A stretch of 61,802 nt of DNA, the filler included, from Choristocarpus tenellus KU-1152 (lineage: Eukaryota > Protista > Phaeophyceae), in NCBI GenBank assembly GCA_964200185.2. It is 13 parts of 13 records of this genome, joined end to end, with 100 filler letters (N's around TTAATTAATTAA, not from the genome) between each part and the next. Parts side by side here need not be neighbours in the genome. Positions count along the whole stretch, not along the records: positions 34,986 to 37,685 come from CAXNAD020025522.1; positions 37,786 to 43,193 come from CAXNAD020010878.1; positions 43,294 to 49,753 come from CAXNAD020008095.1; positions 49,854 to 53,852 come from CAXNAD020016735.1; 9 more parts are not named here. One strand, given 5' to 3'. The translations under genes and the position numbers were made by a program. Positions 37,286-50,889 of this stretch are shown here, in pieces. Under the pieces are notes generated by a model. That model did not search any database. It was not told the origin of the DNA and was given only the letters and a program-made list of their open reading frames with translations. Each line of letters opens with the position of its first letter. Position 1 is the first letter of the stretch.

Positions 37286-38977
37286 TGTATGTACACAGTG
37301 TTTTTTGTACCCGGTATATTTTCCCACCTGCTTGATGATTGAAAAGTAGTCCTATCTCAGAACAATGTAATCCGACTGTACTCACCACTTTCACTTTGCA
37401 GTTACCACGCCTAGATGTCTGATATTCAAAGTTAGAGATCCCTCCAGCGAGGAGTTATGTGTTACCTATGTCTGTATATACACGTGCAATATGTTTTTTT
37501 ATGCTTCAGCAATATCATCTCATCCGGCCGCCCCCGTACTGCTGCAGTAGTTATCACGCGTAAATATATACAGAATTAGAGATCCACTGCTGGCATACGA
37601 TCCCTCTAGGATTCCATCCCCCGTCCCTTGTATCCACCTCCAACACATCTCCCATCCATTTATGTACATACGTGCGCTACTACAANNNNNNNNNNNNNNN
37701 NNNNNNNNNNNNNNNNNNNNNNNNNNNNNTTAATTAATTAANNNNNNNNNNNNNNNNNNNNNNNNNNNNNNNNNNNNNNNNNNNNCATCCCCCAAAAAAA
37801 AAAACAAAACAACACCCCACACGCAAATAAATATAGGCCCCCCCCCCCCCCCCCTCCCCCGTCGATCCCCCCTCGCCTACCCCTTGCATAAGTTTCATTT
37901 CTAGTCCCTCTGATAATCGAATCCTCTGTACTCCCTCCCCTAACACAGGAACAATACTGACCTGTGAGTCAAAACACCAAAAGTATGCAAGGAATGTATA
38001 ATCATTGTTCTCTAATAGGTTAGGTAGAAATAATACCTGTGGGATTTCCTCGCCGCAGGCGGTGTTGGTATGCCGTTAATAAGAAACACACAGCCAGTAC
38101 AACAAGGGGAAACCTGCCAAGCAAAACACACAACTGAGATGCATCAATCATAAACCTCTACACACTGATGAACACATCGCCATCTCACACACCCATCACA
38201 CACCCCTCAATAAATATATCTACTTCACTTCCAAAGTCCTTGGTCTAGCTCTGATATGATCCATCCTATCACGTGAGAAGGTAATCACACATTGCCCACA
38301 AAAACCGACAGAGGTCCATCCAATCATCTGACAGAGATAGGGAACAAGGTACCAGGTATCTGTTTACTCCCAAACCCTCATCTCCAAACTCTCCAGCAGC
38401 CAGCAGCCCCATTTCCCCCCTTCACCTCTTTGTTGCATCTCTGTCCAATCCTTGCAGTTCTCAGACAGCCCCAGCTCATTGTACAACAATCCCAACCCCT
38501 CCCCACCCCCCAGTATGCACCTCTTCAGTCTACTATCTCCTCTAGTTACTAGCTACCCCTTCTGAAAAGCTCCAGACACAAAATCCACCAAAAACATACA
38601 CTCCAAATACGGCATGGACTATTTTACCCTCCAAAACTCACGTAGAGAAACATAACAATGACGGCAATGGAAAGAGTGGGGGCCATTGACATCATCATCT
38701 CTTTCTCATCATACCCCCCAAGGTTTTTCTAACATCAAAATATAACAGGATGTGCTCCAGGACAAGGGAGTCATTTGACACACCAGGCTCGCTCTTACGC
38801 AATCAATGAGAGGGTTGAGGCAAACGGAAGTGGGAGGTCACTACTGAAGCCCTAAAGTCCGGTACTCGAACATTCTTGTTCCGAAACCGTTTGTTTTTTT
38901 TACTATCCACGCAAAATCGCCACCAACTCATTCCACTTCCGCAACACACATCTCGCTTCACATCCATTTTGTGAATG

Positions 38978-39745
38978 TCACTCCCTGACTCCAATAACAC
39001 CATTACTCCCCCCCACCAACACCGAGAACGTAGAAGACGTCCCTTCACTAGTGGAAGCAGTACTTCTCACACCAGTCTCGGGAGAGCTAAGGGTACCTGT
39101 AGACATAACGGAGGATGAGCGATGACTCTCAGAGGAGGCGTTCACGGGGAGCAGATGACGCTCCCGCCCAACAGTAACTAGCCTAGACAGGAACTCTGCC
39201 ACCTCGACCGGGTTCTTCAGCGTGTAAGCGGCATTAGTCTCACGGGACTCTTCCGAGACGAGAATTCCGATGCCCGCATGGTGACGCTGGTAGGGGTAAG
39301 GGCGGCCGCATTGACGCTGACCAGAGGAGGACGTGTCCGACGGATTGTCCATGAAGACCTTGAACGCGTTCTGCCATCAAGAATAACAGAATTGAGAACA
39401 CGTTTTTCGGGAGGGGGAGGACTCGAGTGAACAGACCAAGGTGGTGTAGGAGGGAGGGAGCGAATAAGCGGGCGTGTTCAAGACGCAGGCGTTTGCTGCA
39501 TGGGTCTTTGACAAGGGCATTCACTGCGGGGTAGTGATGAAATGTAACGTGGCGTAGAGCCATATGTTGGTGATTTAGGAAGAGGTTCTCTTTTTCCAGC
39601 GGTGAACTTTAAGCCTGGTGCAAACAAACACCCCCCAAGCACACAAACACACACACACACACACACACACACAAGCCCGCACAAGACAAAGTAGCAACCA
39701 TCGATATTTCAAAAAGAAACACTCAAACCACACAGTAGTAGTAGT

Positions 39746-39783
<38 letters not shown>

Positions 39784-42010
39784 AAGACGAAAAAGACAAC
39801 CCAAGACAAATATGGATAGAGCACATGCACGTGTGCGTGCGACTGCCATTACCTCGTCGGTCTTGTCATCCCCAATGAAAATCGTAAATACTCCGTCATC
39901 GTCGTCGCCGCCGTCACCACCTCCATTCTCGGGTCCATCCCTTCCACTCTTGTCTGCACCCACCACGATACCATCAAGACCTTGACCGACGCCACGGACA
40001 GGGGGCACAACCAGCTTTTCGAGGAGCCAAACCACGGCGTTTCCCTTGTTCCACTTGATGTCCGGCTGGAGTTCGTACACCTTGCTCGGCGAGAGAGGTG
40101 TGCATAGAAGAGAGTTGATCAGAGCGAAACGTTACAGACAGTACAAACGGCGCGTTTCAGTGGAACAGCCAATAAAAGCAATGGGGTATATTGTCTAGTA
40201 CTACACCAACGGCAGTACATCCATGTCCTTTTGCTTGGTGTACCGCACACGGCTTAAGGCATTCGGCCCGTCATTGCCGTCTCTGACTTACGACAGTACA
40301 CGCCACCATCTTCACGAGCGTAGCATCGGGCCGATTCTTTCGACTCCAGAGGACTCTGCCACGCCATACTACTGTCGTTGCTTCAGAATATTTTTTGCAT
40401 CGCCCACGACAAGATCCGCCGCTTACAGAAAAGTGTGCGAGCAAATGGAACAGTAAAGAGGGAAAGGTGTTGTAGCTGTTCTGGCAACGTCGTTAGCACA
40501 CCACCGAGATATAATCCTGAGCCGTACCATACCATTGAAATTTAGTACAAGTACAAGTACCAGACCCCTCGGTTCTGCAGCAGTACGTACGGTCCACGCC
40601 GTCCTACTACCGAAAAGAACCACGGTAGTATTCCCACAGATCAACGGCGTAAGAACCGCTGCACACCATGATACAAACCGAATGAACCCATGAGTTTCCT
40701 TAATTGATTCACTCGAAACGATCCATTTAACGCTGTTGAACTGCAGTCCGTGTACAGTAATGGGGGCAAGAGGTGCAAAGCGCACGCCGTTGCTGAGAAG
40801 CACAAATCGAATCATGCATGCATGCAGTTCATACACAAAGCAACAAAAATTAACAGCAAATCGAAAAGCCTTCAGTTTAAGCTGTCGATCAGTGCGCCAC
40901 GGTTCGGAACACTGAAACAGTGGGACTACGCTGGTTGGTTCCACACAAGTATGTACTGTCCATATATCTCAGACCTCATTGCTTCAATACTCCCCGGTAC
41001 TTGGAAGTACAACTCTTTCGAGTCCACTATAAACGCAAGTACCATCGCAACCGGTTCTACACCAGAAAGCCCGGTCTGTACCTTACACTAACGGCCGCAA
41101 ACTCCTTCTTTACTCCCCACAGGTTCAACAACGTTGAAATATGATTCAAAGGTAGTACAAGTACCGTGTCAGTCGGTTCTACAAACAGAATTCATGGTCC
41201 GCCCCTTGAACCACTGTGGCAATCTACTCCAGTACTCCACAGCACAACACTGCTAAATCCATTATTACTACAGGTGCTCTCGCTATCCAGTTCAAAAGCA
41301 GTACTCCCCAGTACAACCTGGTCAAGCCATACATCTCGTACAAATAAAGCTACCAAACTGGTCAGTTCAACAGCTGTACTCCCCAGTGCAAGACCACGAA
41401 ACCCACTGCTCGCTTCTAACTCTAACCTAAGGATGTACAGCCCACGCCTCACTACACAAACTACTCCAGTGCTCCCCAGTTCAACACTCCACGGAAGCCC
41501 CATGTCCATAGTACCTAGTCCTACCAAAACAAACCATCACGGTCGTACTTTCCAGGTACTTTGCCCATACTGCTACAACTCTCCACCAGGCACCACATGT
41601 GTATGTCACAGTCACAATAATCTTGACAATGTGGTGGTCCAGTGGGTCCCACACCACCCCATATACTAGTACCTCACCAAGAACATGTCAACACACCCGC
41701 CGAACATGTTCCTCTCGCTAGGAACCTCTACTCCATCAATGAACTCGGCATGGGTTGGAGGTTTCTAGCGCGCCCCCCCCCGTAATACTATTCTGAAAAG
41801 GAGTCTGTGCCCCTCTGGTGGAATTCAAAGCTGCAATTCTGAAAAGGGCTTGCTTGCACTTCTCACCTCCTTTCCTGAGTTCATTCTAATCTTCTGCTCC
41901 ACGCCTTGCCTCTCTGCCTGCACCCTCTTGACAATCTCCGTCACGACCGGTACCAACGGCCGGGGACAGTTCCGGTAGTGTACCGAGATGGAAAACACAT
42001 TGTCTTCAAC
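38978..42010 (-). CDS. TPP: Trehalose-6-phosphate phosphatase (HAD-IIB), 3' part (spliced)
   Basis: In-phase exons 41867-42010 (VEDNVFSISVHYRNC..SGKE), 39853-40080 (VYELQPDIKWNKGNAV..IFIGDDKTDE) and 38978-39370 (NAFKV..GIGILVS..ETNAAYTLKNPVEVAEFLSRL..stop); all typical TPP/OtsB motifs. Confidence 0.95.
39734..39782. repeat. (GTA)n(GCA)n microsatellite, intronic
   Basis: Directly visible. Confidence 0.9.
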
Positions 42011-43293
42011 CTTTCGATAAACGTACATCACCACGGCGGTCACATTTTGCGGTGAGGTCGATTGGATTGGTTTTAGGCTTTCAAACCACACCACGCATGC
42101 AACAATAAAAAGAATTAACATGCATATTTTGAGTACTTACGAAAAAAAAAAAAAAACTCTCCTTCTTGCCTTGCACGCTAGGATGGAGAAGAATGGACAG
42201 AACGTGTACTTTATTATTTATCATGGGTGTGTTACAGTGTGATATATTATTTTTAGCAGTACGTGTTAAAGGGGCATGCATGCATTCGCTCCTAGTGCGT
42301 CCTCTTCCGCCCAGTCAAGTCTGTGTATTCACACACACACACACACACAAAGAAAGTCCTAACAAATAGCTGACTACACAAAAACGACCAGTATGCCTCC
42401 CTTATACTACAAAATCTGAAATATTAATACATAGTACTCCTCTTACATAATTCCATTCAGCTTTGGAAATCAGAAATCAAGGAAACACTTTTTCTTTTCT
42501 GATGGTCAATCAGAAGAGTCCAATCAGAAGAGTCTGCCAATGCAGTTTCAGAAACAAACTAAAACACTATCAATAGTAGTTACTAGTCATCAACATGAAG
42601 TGACATTTGAAGGGAGATTATAATGTATCAGTGCATCAGCAAATCATTTCTTCCTGTTCCAGCCCCTAGCCCTAGCCCTAGCCCCTCTTTTTCCAAGACA
42701 TGATTGTTCCACCATCCACAAATTCAATGTGTTTCCCACTACACGAGGAAATTTCTCCAAAAGAAAAAGCAAACACGGAAGTTCATACATATTTACTCAA
42801 CCAGGAAATTTCTTCACAGGCAATAAATACATGAACATATATATATATATATATATATATTTACACATTTTTTACTCCAATATAACCACCAAGCTCAAAT
42901 CTCTCCCATACGATGTGTGAGAAATGAGTAGATCAAAAATCACAAATACATGAAAGCAGTTTTTCCCATTTTTTTTTACATGTAGTCGATTTGGGTGGAC
43001 AGAGTTTTGGGTTGTCAACGGTGAGTGAAGCACCTAGTATCTATGCCATATCTGAGAAGTCATTACAAAAAATAGGTAGGTATGTTCATAACGATAATAT
43101 ACAACATACGTCCCCAACCAACCCCACCCCACCCCCCCCCCCCCCCCACACCAACCCCACCACCTACTCCAAACCAAAAAACAAATCTCACACNNNNNNN
43201 NNNNNNNNNNNNNNNNNNNNNNNNNNNNNNNNNNNNNTTAATTAATTAANNNNNNNNNNNNNNNNNNNNNNNNNNNNNNNNNNNNNNNNNNNN

Positions 43294-46200
43294 CCCCCCC
43301 ACCTCTTCCACACCCTGAACATCTTTTCGAGGCTTCTTCATTATGATGTTACCTCCCCCCTCATTGCCAGCATCATCACCATCTGACTTGCCCAATTTCT
43401 CTTCATTACTCCCAGCTACATGACCACTCAAGAATGAGAAAGAGAAGCTTTTCCTTTCTACACCATCCTCTGCTTGTTGGCTGTCCTCTATTCCAACCTC
43501 TTCCTGCCCTCCCTCCCCAGCCCCACCACCACTACCTGATGCATTCTGTCCCCCACTGTCACTAGCATCTAGTGGTGCATGAGATTCAATCAACTCTTGG
43601 GCCCGTACAATTAATCTCTGGGATTGGCACGCAGGGGAAGAGAGGGTAACAATAGATGAGCTTGTCTTCGTTAGTAAGGATTCTTTCTTTTGAGGGAATG
43701 CACAACAGTTATCATAATGAGGCCCTGCAAACTCACCCTCACAGGAAAGGATGCTGTTGGAAGGACAGTTGTAGGAAAGATGTCTTAGATAGACCACCTA
43801 CTACGAAGGATATGTAATTCCTGCATATTGAAATTTGGAAGGCCAACCTCGAAACTTGGGGATCAACCCAAATCATCACCATTTCTTACACCTCAAAAAA
43901 AAAAATGCGACTAACACCGTCAGAGTTTAATTAAAACATTTGAGCATTCCCTCATGGAAATGACATCAGTAGAGGGCAGAAATACTCTGCATTAGTTCCT
44001 CTCTTCAGCCTTTTCAGGAAGCATAAGGTAACTAATCATGCGGTGCTGAGCTGCGTCATGGTGGCAAGGGGTTTGGGAGAGAAGTCACCAATCGATCTAT
44101 TTAATTTTCGTACAATCAAAAATAAATAGTTCCCGAACCCTTGCAGATCTACTTTTACTGGTCTTCCTTTCCGAGGGCCTAATGCCTTCATCTCTTTCAC
44201 AGAAGCACGGTCAACATGGATAAAAAAACCCACCATTTACTAATTAATTAACTAGTGAGGCGTTGTCACACTGCAATAAAAAGGGTAGAAGAGGGGGCAC
44301 ATGACATCCGTCAGAGAATACCAACTTGTGGACATTCATAGGGAAGGCCACAGGTAGAGGCGCACAAGGATTCTCATTCACACTCTCCCTGTCCCTTCCA
44401 GTCAGATGGTTATATTTTCATCATCCGAAGGCCAAGAACCCAACCCAGCGCTTGTAGAGAGACAACAGTGTACACAGGCACAGGGTGTACGCTTCATTGC
44501 ACTTCAAGGGAGTGCTCATACACATATGACATTTTTTTCAATACCTGTCACGATAGTGATTTCACACCTCAACAATACGGTTGCGATAACGGTTGCTGCA
44601 AAACTATTATACGGACAGGAAATTCTGCAGTCGTTGAGATTCACAAGATTTGGGGTTGGGACTCTGTACTAGATGTCATATGCAGTCAGTTTAAGTTGAA
44701 GTAAATAGATAGGGTCGTATCCCACCCCAGAATCTTTTGTAAGTTCAGCTGCAAGGGCGTGCACAATAAAGCCTTTCACCCACTTTGACAACTCAACCAA
44801 GAATCTAGTTATAAAGTATTTAGGTGTGCGGATTCAAAAACATGCCCTGTAGGAAGCCTCGCACAAACAGTTCAAACATACGCACCATGCCCTACAGAGC
44901 TCAAGATGATCGCACACTGTATCACAACAAGGCTATACATCCCACCCGCTGTAAAAATTACCCCAGGAGATTACAATATTTGCCACAGTACCTATATTTG
45001 GATGGAATGCCAAGGTTTTCCTAAGATTGACCACAATACTTTGAGAAGCATTGTGCTACTATAACATTCATATATGCTCTAATTCCATACAGAAATATCA
45101 CGATCAAGCTGATCCTTGCTTTTCTTAGTTGATAAACCATAGAGGACATACAGAACTACCGGAACAGAAGGTATATACTGGCATAAAAACAAGGAGATCT
45201 AGAGGGTTTTTTTCTCTAAACATGCTCAGGACAACTCTCATACATTTTTACCACAGACAGTGCCCACTGCAAGAGTATTTCTAACTAAACAACCACTTCA
45301 ACAGCCATTAGATGCCTAAGGTTCACAAATAGAAACAACCTCACTGCACGCCACACAGTAGCACAATATTCATATACAAGAACGGATACAATAGGGATGA
45401 CAAGGGTACAGTTCACGCCTCCTCTGCGTGGAAAAACGTGACATTACTGTCTATTACCCCAGACCAAGAAACAAAACCTACACTCTAGAACTGCCATCCA
45501 CCGTAGAGCGTAACTTTGTGGACTTGATTAGAACAAAAAAGAAGTTTATCAACACATGTTGTACTGTCAAAGAACCTCACACACACTGCTCAGAACAAAT
45601 AGTACAAAGAAGGTGGGGATAATTTGTCAAGTGCCTTGCGCAGACCACTTGAATGGCATGTTCAAAATGGCGTTAAAAAACCACAAACCTTCGGGGTCAA
45701 TGAAATCAAGCACAGGGCGTCACAGCAATGAATAGGTCAACAACAATCAATCGAACTGCCACATGGAACACTTCACGACTCCTCTTTAGTTCAAAGCTGT
45801 GCAATCTGGCTAAGCACAGACACTGCCTCAAAACAAAATCACGGGAGGAAGAAAAGTTAAGGGAGCTATCATCAGTTGGGGAGGGGGGACGAGAGCAAGA
45901 AAAATAATACTCGTTCTCAAGAGTACCTGGCGGCTGCCACCTTGTAGGCCTTCCAGGTAAACGCACAACCTGCGGAAGGAACATTCATCCACCTTTTTTT
46001 ACAAATAAAAGGAACAAGAGGGTTGCAGTGAGATAAAAAAAGTTTGTTATTAATTCTGATGCAATTATCATAACTACGCATACGCATCAAACGCTACGAT
46101 GTGCACTTGCTTCAAAGACGCCTTCCACATCAGGACAAACCAAAAGTGCAGTCTGGAGAGCAACAACAACCAGACAAACGGGTGGGTTGCTCCATGCTAA

Positions 46201-47700
46201 GTATATACTACCAATAATTTGGAGGGGAGCACGGTAGAAAAACATTACACTCAGGATCTTCCGTGCCTTGCATGCTAACTCTGACCCCCTGACAGTGAAT
46301 CCACCTTTATTGAACTTGACTAATATTGAGGACGTCACACCCTACGCTTGTTGAGAAGATAGTACCTTTCCGGTCCGAAGCTTGTTGGTGTACGTCGGCA
46401 TGATTTTTCGGACCCAATCTACTACATTTGGACTCATGTTGTGTCACTTTGAACCTACATTAAACCACTCTACGGGGGTGCAAGGTGGGACAAACTCAGA
46501 CACTACAAACCCAAATATCACGTATAGCGCCAAAAGCGTCATGTTCATACACGTTATCAGAAAGGGAGTCGACGCACCTCTGCCTCAGAAAACATATTGC
46601 GGAGAAGCCACGCCTGGGTGTTCTTGTTGAATTTCCACGGTGTTGCGCCGATTTCTGCTCCAGTCTCTTTCTCAGTCGTCTTTCGCGTGGACCACCACGC
46701 CTGAATGACAATATATAACCACAACCACAATACCCCAAAGGAAAAGCGGAATGTCATTTTGAGCCGCTCTCTTGACTTTTTGAGTACCTTGTCAAAGCAC
46801 ACGTACAGCGGGCATAACCGCAGTGACGAGTCCACCCCATACTGTTATTGGAAAATCAGCTCCAGCCATCGAATGAACGATTAGGGGCCTGTGATTGAAG
46901 ACGAAGCCGGAGCTCCCACAGTTCCAGCCCACGCATGCTTAAGCCATCACGGTTCAGGACAATCTATTTTCACTGCATGCATCTAGCCCAAAAAATTCTT
47001 GACCAAATTGCACTGGTCACATGCACGCCTCCAGCGCCCTCAATGCGAACGAGTATTAAATCATCACCTGGAGATAGGCGCTTGCCTCTGTTCTGTCTCT
47101 TTCACAGCGTCCTCTATCTATTGGAGGGGGAGCTTCCGACGTCACGTAACACAAGAGCGACATTAGGAGGGACGAAGAAAGGGAGGAGAGAGTATGATGG
47201 CAATGGAGTCAGTTGCTCCATATGCTGTCTCTACATCTCTCGATGTTGAGGATGTACATGCGAGGAGAATTAGAAATAGAACACGAGGGTGATCCAATAA
47301 ATACACTACAGTACCCAAGCTATATGGCGGGTAAGTTGTACAGAAGAGCGCGACCCACTTGTGACGACCAAACTGCGGTCTTATCCCTGTCCACACACTA
47401 CATAATATTCTTTGGGCCTCCTTTCTAATAAGGAAAGGTTTCAATAGTGCTTGCTTATCGACAAAGGGAGGGAAATAATACCTATCTCTCTTTTACGCTT
47501 AGGCTTGCCCACCCCAAGGGGAGAGGCCAACGCTGGCGAGCTGAGTCCTCTCCCACCCTCTGTCTCCTTGGCCTTGATCTTGTTTGCCGCTTGTTTAATG
47601 TGTTGTGCTACTCGTTTTCCCTTTTTCCTTCGAGACCCTTGGCTCTTCGCCATCTTTTATTCCAGCAAGATGGTGACGACCTGCTTGCAAGGTTTTAGGG
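43294..47700 (-). CDS. Probable exons of one or more hypothetical minus-strand proteins
   Basis: Coding-like open stretches at ~43310-43797 (acidic/Gly-rich), ~44037-44236, ~45706-45970 and ~47480-47690 (basic, NLS-like). No family recognised; exon chain not resolved. Confidence 0.35.
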
Positions 47701-48623
47701 CATCCCAAAGGCCAACCTCCTGCCTTCAGTCTGTTCGATATGGTCTGTGTGTTGTATAATACTGGGGTGGAAAGAGAGGTGGGATGGTAGACGGTTGGAT
47801 GGTCGGATGTGTGGAGGAAGAAGGGGAAAAATATGTACATAATATACATATATTGATAAAAAAAATGATAGTACGTACATAATACACATATATTGATATA
47901 TCCAGTTCTAAATCTTGATACTTTTGAAATGATTGACTTAGAAGAAAAGAAAACATTCAAAAAGGAAAAGTGTGGGGGGGCGGGGGAGTGGTAGACAGGA
48001 AACAGTGAATTTTCAGCTATCACGTGTAACCTATCCGTTCCAGAAAACGCCAGCACCAGTACCAAGGTTCTATATATTTTGAGAAAGAAGGAAAAGCAGG
48101 TCCAAGCAAGGTCCACCACTCACTCAAATAATACAAGTTGGAACCACAACAACAATAATAATAGAAGGAAAAACGAACGGTAAGAAGCAAATAATATATA
48201 TTATGTAGGTAGTTGTCCTACTACACATCCCAGTACTACTTCCTAGGAGGAGGTGCGGTCAAGGCAAGTTTCACGTAATGCCAATCACCTGCGAAGTTCT
48301 GGGGTACCACTGCCACGAGAGTATTGCACCTCTCACAAGAAAATCCTCGCCAGATTATTAGCAGTGATTAAGGTATATAGAACATATCCATCAAATAGAA
48401 ATTGGAAATAGCAACACAACAACAAGGAGAAAAGAAAAAAGGAGAGAAAGTTAGAAAAAAAATCCATGGACAGGCACGTACATCCCTATACTACGTCACA
48501 TACCATCGCCGCTACCAAGGAGGGAAAGTTTCTTCATGTAATGCCAATCAGTCAGTCAATAATACGTTCTTAACACACCACCACACACACGTCGTTATTA
48601 TGTGTTGCACCTCCCGTATGATG

Positions 48624-48800
48624 GACTCAAAGTATCTGGGAGGGGAGGTGGATGTCCATTTGGGGTCAATTTTTTCATCTTGCAATTTTTGGGTGATTTG
48701 GTTGCGTACGTCGGATGGATAATGTAAGTTCATTCTTCTTGGTTACGGCCAAATGGATACCCTGGTGTAGACCCCCCCCCCCCCACAGATACTCTGAGTC
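48624..48800. mobile_element. MITE subfamily B, full length
   Basis: GACTCAAAGTATCTG ... CAGATACTCTGAGTC; flanked by ATG/ATG. Confidence 0.88.
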
Positions 48801-49692
48801 ATGGAGTAGCTGTGAAGGCAGATAGTGTACTCGTGGACTTCTTTTGTTTTCGCTTGTCACTCCATTCCCCCCTGAAACTCCTTGACATTCATTCGAGGAG
48901 TAAATCATACTCAACAGTGGGGGCCTCATCGGTGGGATGTGCATCACCTCCAGCCTGAGGAACCCTTCCTATCGTTGATCTCCTCATCCAGTCCTAGCAA
49001 GCAAATTGACTTGAGAAGTTCGATCGGTATAATAGGTAGTACGTATTATACTGTGGTCCGATTCCAAAGTGTGGTTGACTGTTGACACGTTGAGGTGTGG
49101 TTGACGTGTGAGGATGTTATTTGAGACAACGGAGTCTGATCTATCCTCACCTTGCTGTCCAAACATATGATGAGTGTGCTGAAAAAAGTGTTGATTAAGA
49201 TAATACCATTCATCTGTGTACACCTCTGTCTACTGGCAGGTACCATTTTCATTGCTTCACTTTATCTTGGTCACGTGCCCCATGAACCGACCTGTCTCTT
49301 TATGCTTCTCTCTGTCCGTAGTAAACAGGCTTTCATGAGTAGCTTGTTTTTGGACTCTACCTCGGGTTCCGCTTAGATTTCTTAGAAACGGCTCCTTTAT
49401 TTCAAGCTGTCCCATTTCCTTCCTTGCCCCCACTGAAGTAGACATCTTACATACCCCTGGTCCGCAATGGAAGGCGATTAATCTTGCCTTGCCTCCTGGA
49501 GTCCATGACACCACATCCTACTGCCCACTTCCGTTTAAATTACAATGGATAGGAACTAGAGAGTGCTACATAGATGTATTGACCCCTCCAGGACTGGCCT
49601 GGACTGACCACTTGTTATGGCGTGTGCGCATGAATTTGGTGTTGAAAGAAGCAAGAGGTGTGATAGTTGAGTTTGAAATTGAGGCAGGATCA

Positions 49693-49753
49693 GGCTCAAA
49701 GTATCTGGGAGGGGGTGGCGGCTGTCCATTTGGTGTCAATTTTTTCATGTCGC
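49693..49753. mobile_element. MITE subfamily B, truncated at contig end
   Basis: TCA|GGCTCAAAGTATCTGGGAGGGGGTGGCGGCTGTCCATTTGG. Confidence 0.85.
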
Positions 49754-50889
49754 NNNNNNNNNNNNNNNNNNNNNNNNNNNNNNNNNNNNNNNNNNNNTTA
49801 ATTAATTAANNNNNNNNNNNNNNNNNNNNNNNNNNNNNNNNNNNNNNNNNNNNCCCCCCCTCTAGACTGGTATGGACACACCATAGTGTTGAGAATGACA
49901 TTACGGACATGACATCCTATATTGTACAGTCAAGGTCTAAAAAATAAACATTGTTGTGAAGAACTAACAGGGTGATTAAAATAGCATTGGAATAGTCAAG
50001 ACCATGGTGGTTGAATGATGGTATGACAACAACAGATGCAATTCTTAATACTGCAGTGATGAAGTGTGGGTGAACAAGGGGTGTTACAACCCATCCACCA
50101 ATTTTCGTAACATTGGGCAAGGATCTAATTAATACAGGACATGGTCTAGTTGTACACACCAAACAAAAGGTTACTGTGAGGGGGTGAAGCCCTGTTCGAG
50201 CAGCCTACCGGTTGATGGGAACAACAACGCCCTCAATACACAGGTATCAACATTAACAAACAGAAAAACCATAAACAAGGAAAGTCAGGATCAGCTAGCT
50301 CAGAGTAAGTTATGAAGGATACCCCTTGCCCCCTCTTCACAGTAAAACATGATGGCATGCAGAAATAAGAGAATTAGCCTTTTTGAACGAAATAGAGCTG
50401 GAGAAATATCTCAAACGTATCACTGCTTGGAAGCAACTCAATTAAACTAATGCTTGCATTTCTTACACAGCCTTCCTGCACCTGTGCGATAGCATGAGGT
50501 TGATCCATCTAGTGATGCCAAAATCAACTCTTAGTGTTCACAAATGTCACTGGGACCAAAATGGGAGTCTCTCTGACTGAATATGTCACAACTTGACTTG
50601 CAGGTCACAATGACATTCGTCTTCTGAGTTGTTTTTTTACACCTTTGAGACCGCCTGAAATAAAAACTCAAGAGGGAAGCAGAAATGAAGGATGTGTGAT
50701 GTATGGTGATCGCAGAGGGTTTCCAACCAGGGAGGGAGGTAACAGTAAAATTCATAGAAAAGGCTGGCCAGTACAAGATCCTTTTAAAACATGATGTGAC
50801 ACCAAATTATTCCTTTCCTACCTCAATACTCAAGACAGAATAAATGACTTAAACATAGAACCATTGATATCTGCCCAAAAATCACACAC

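Noticed and set aside
41220-41495. CRISPR-like array
   Set aside because: Repeats are degenerate, spacing is irregular, no cas genes, and the context is a eukaryotic intron.
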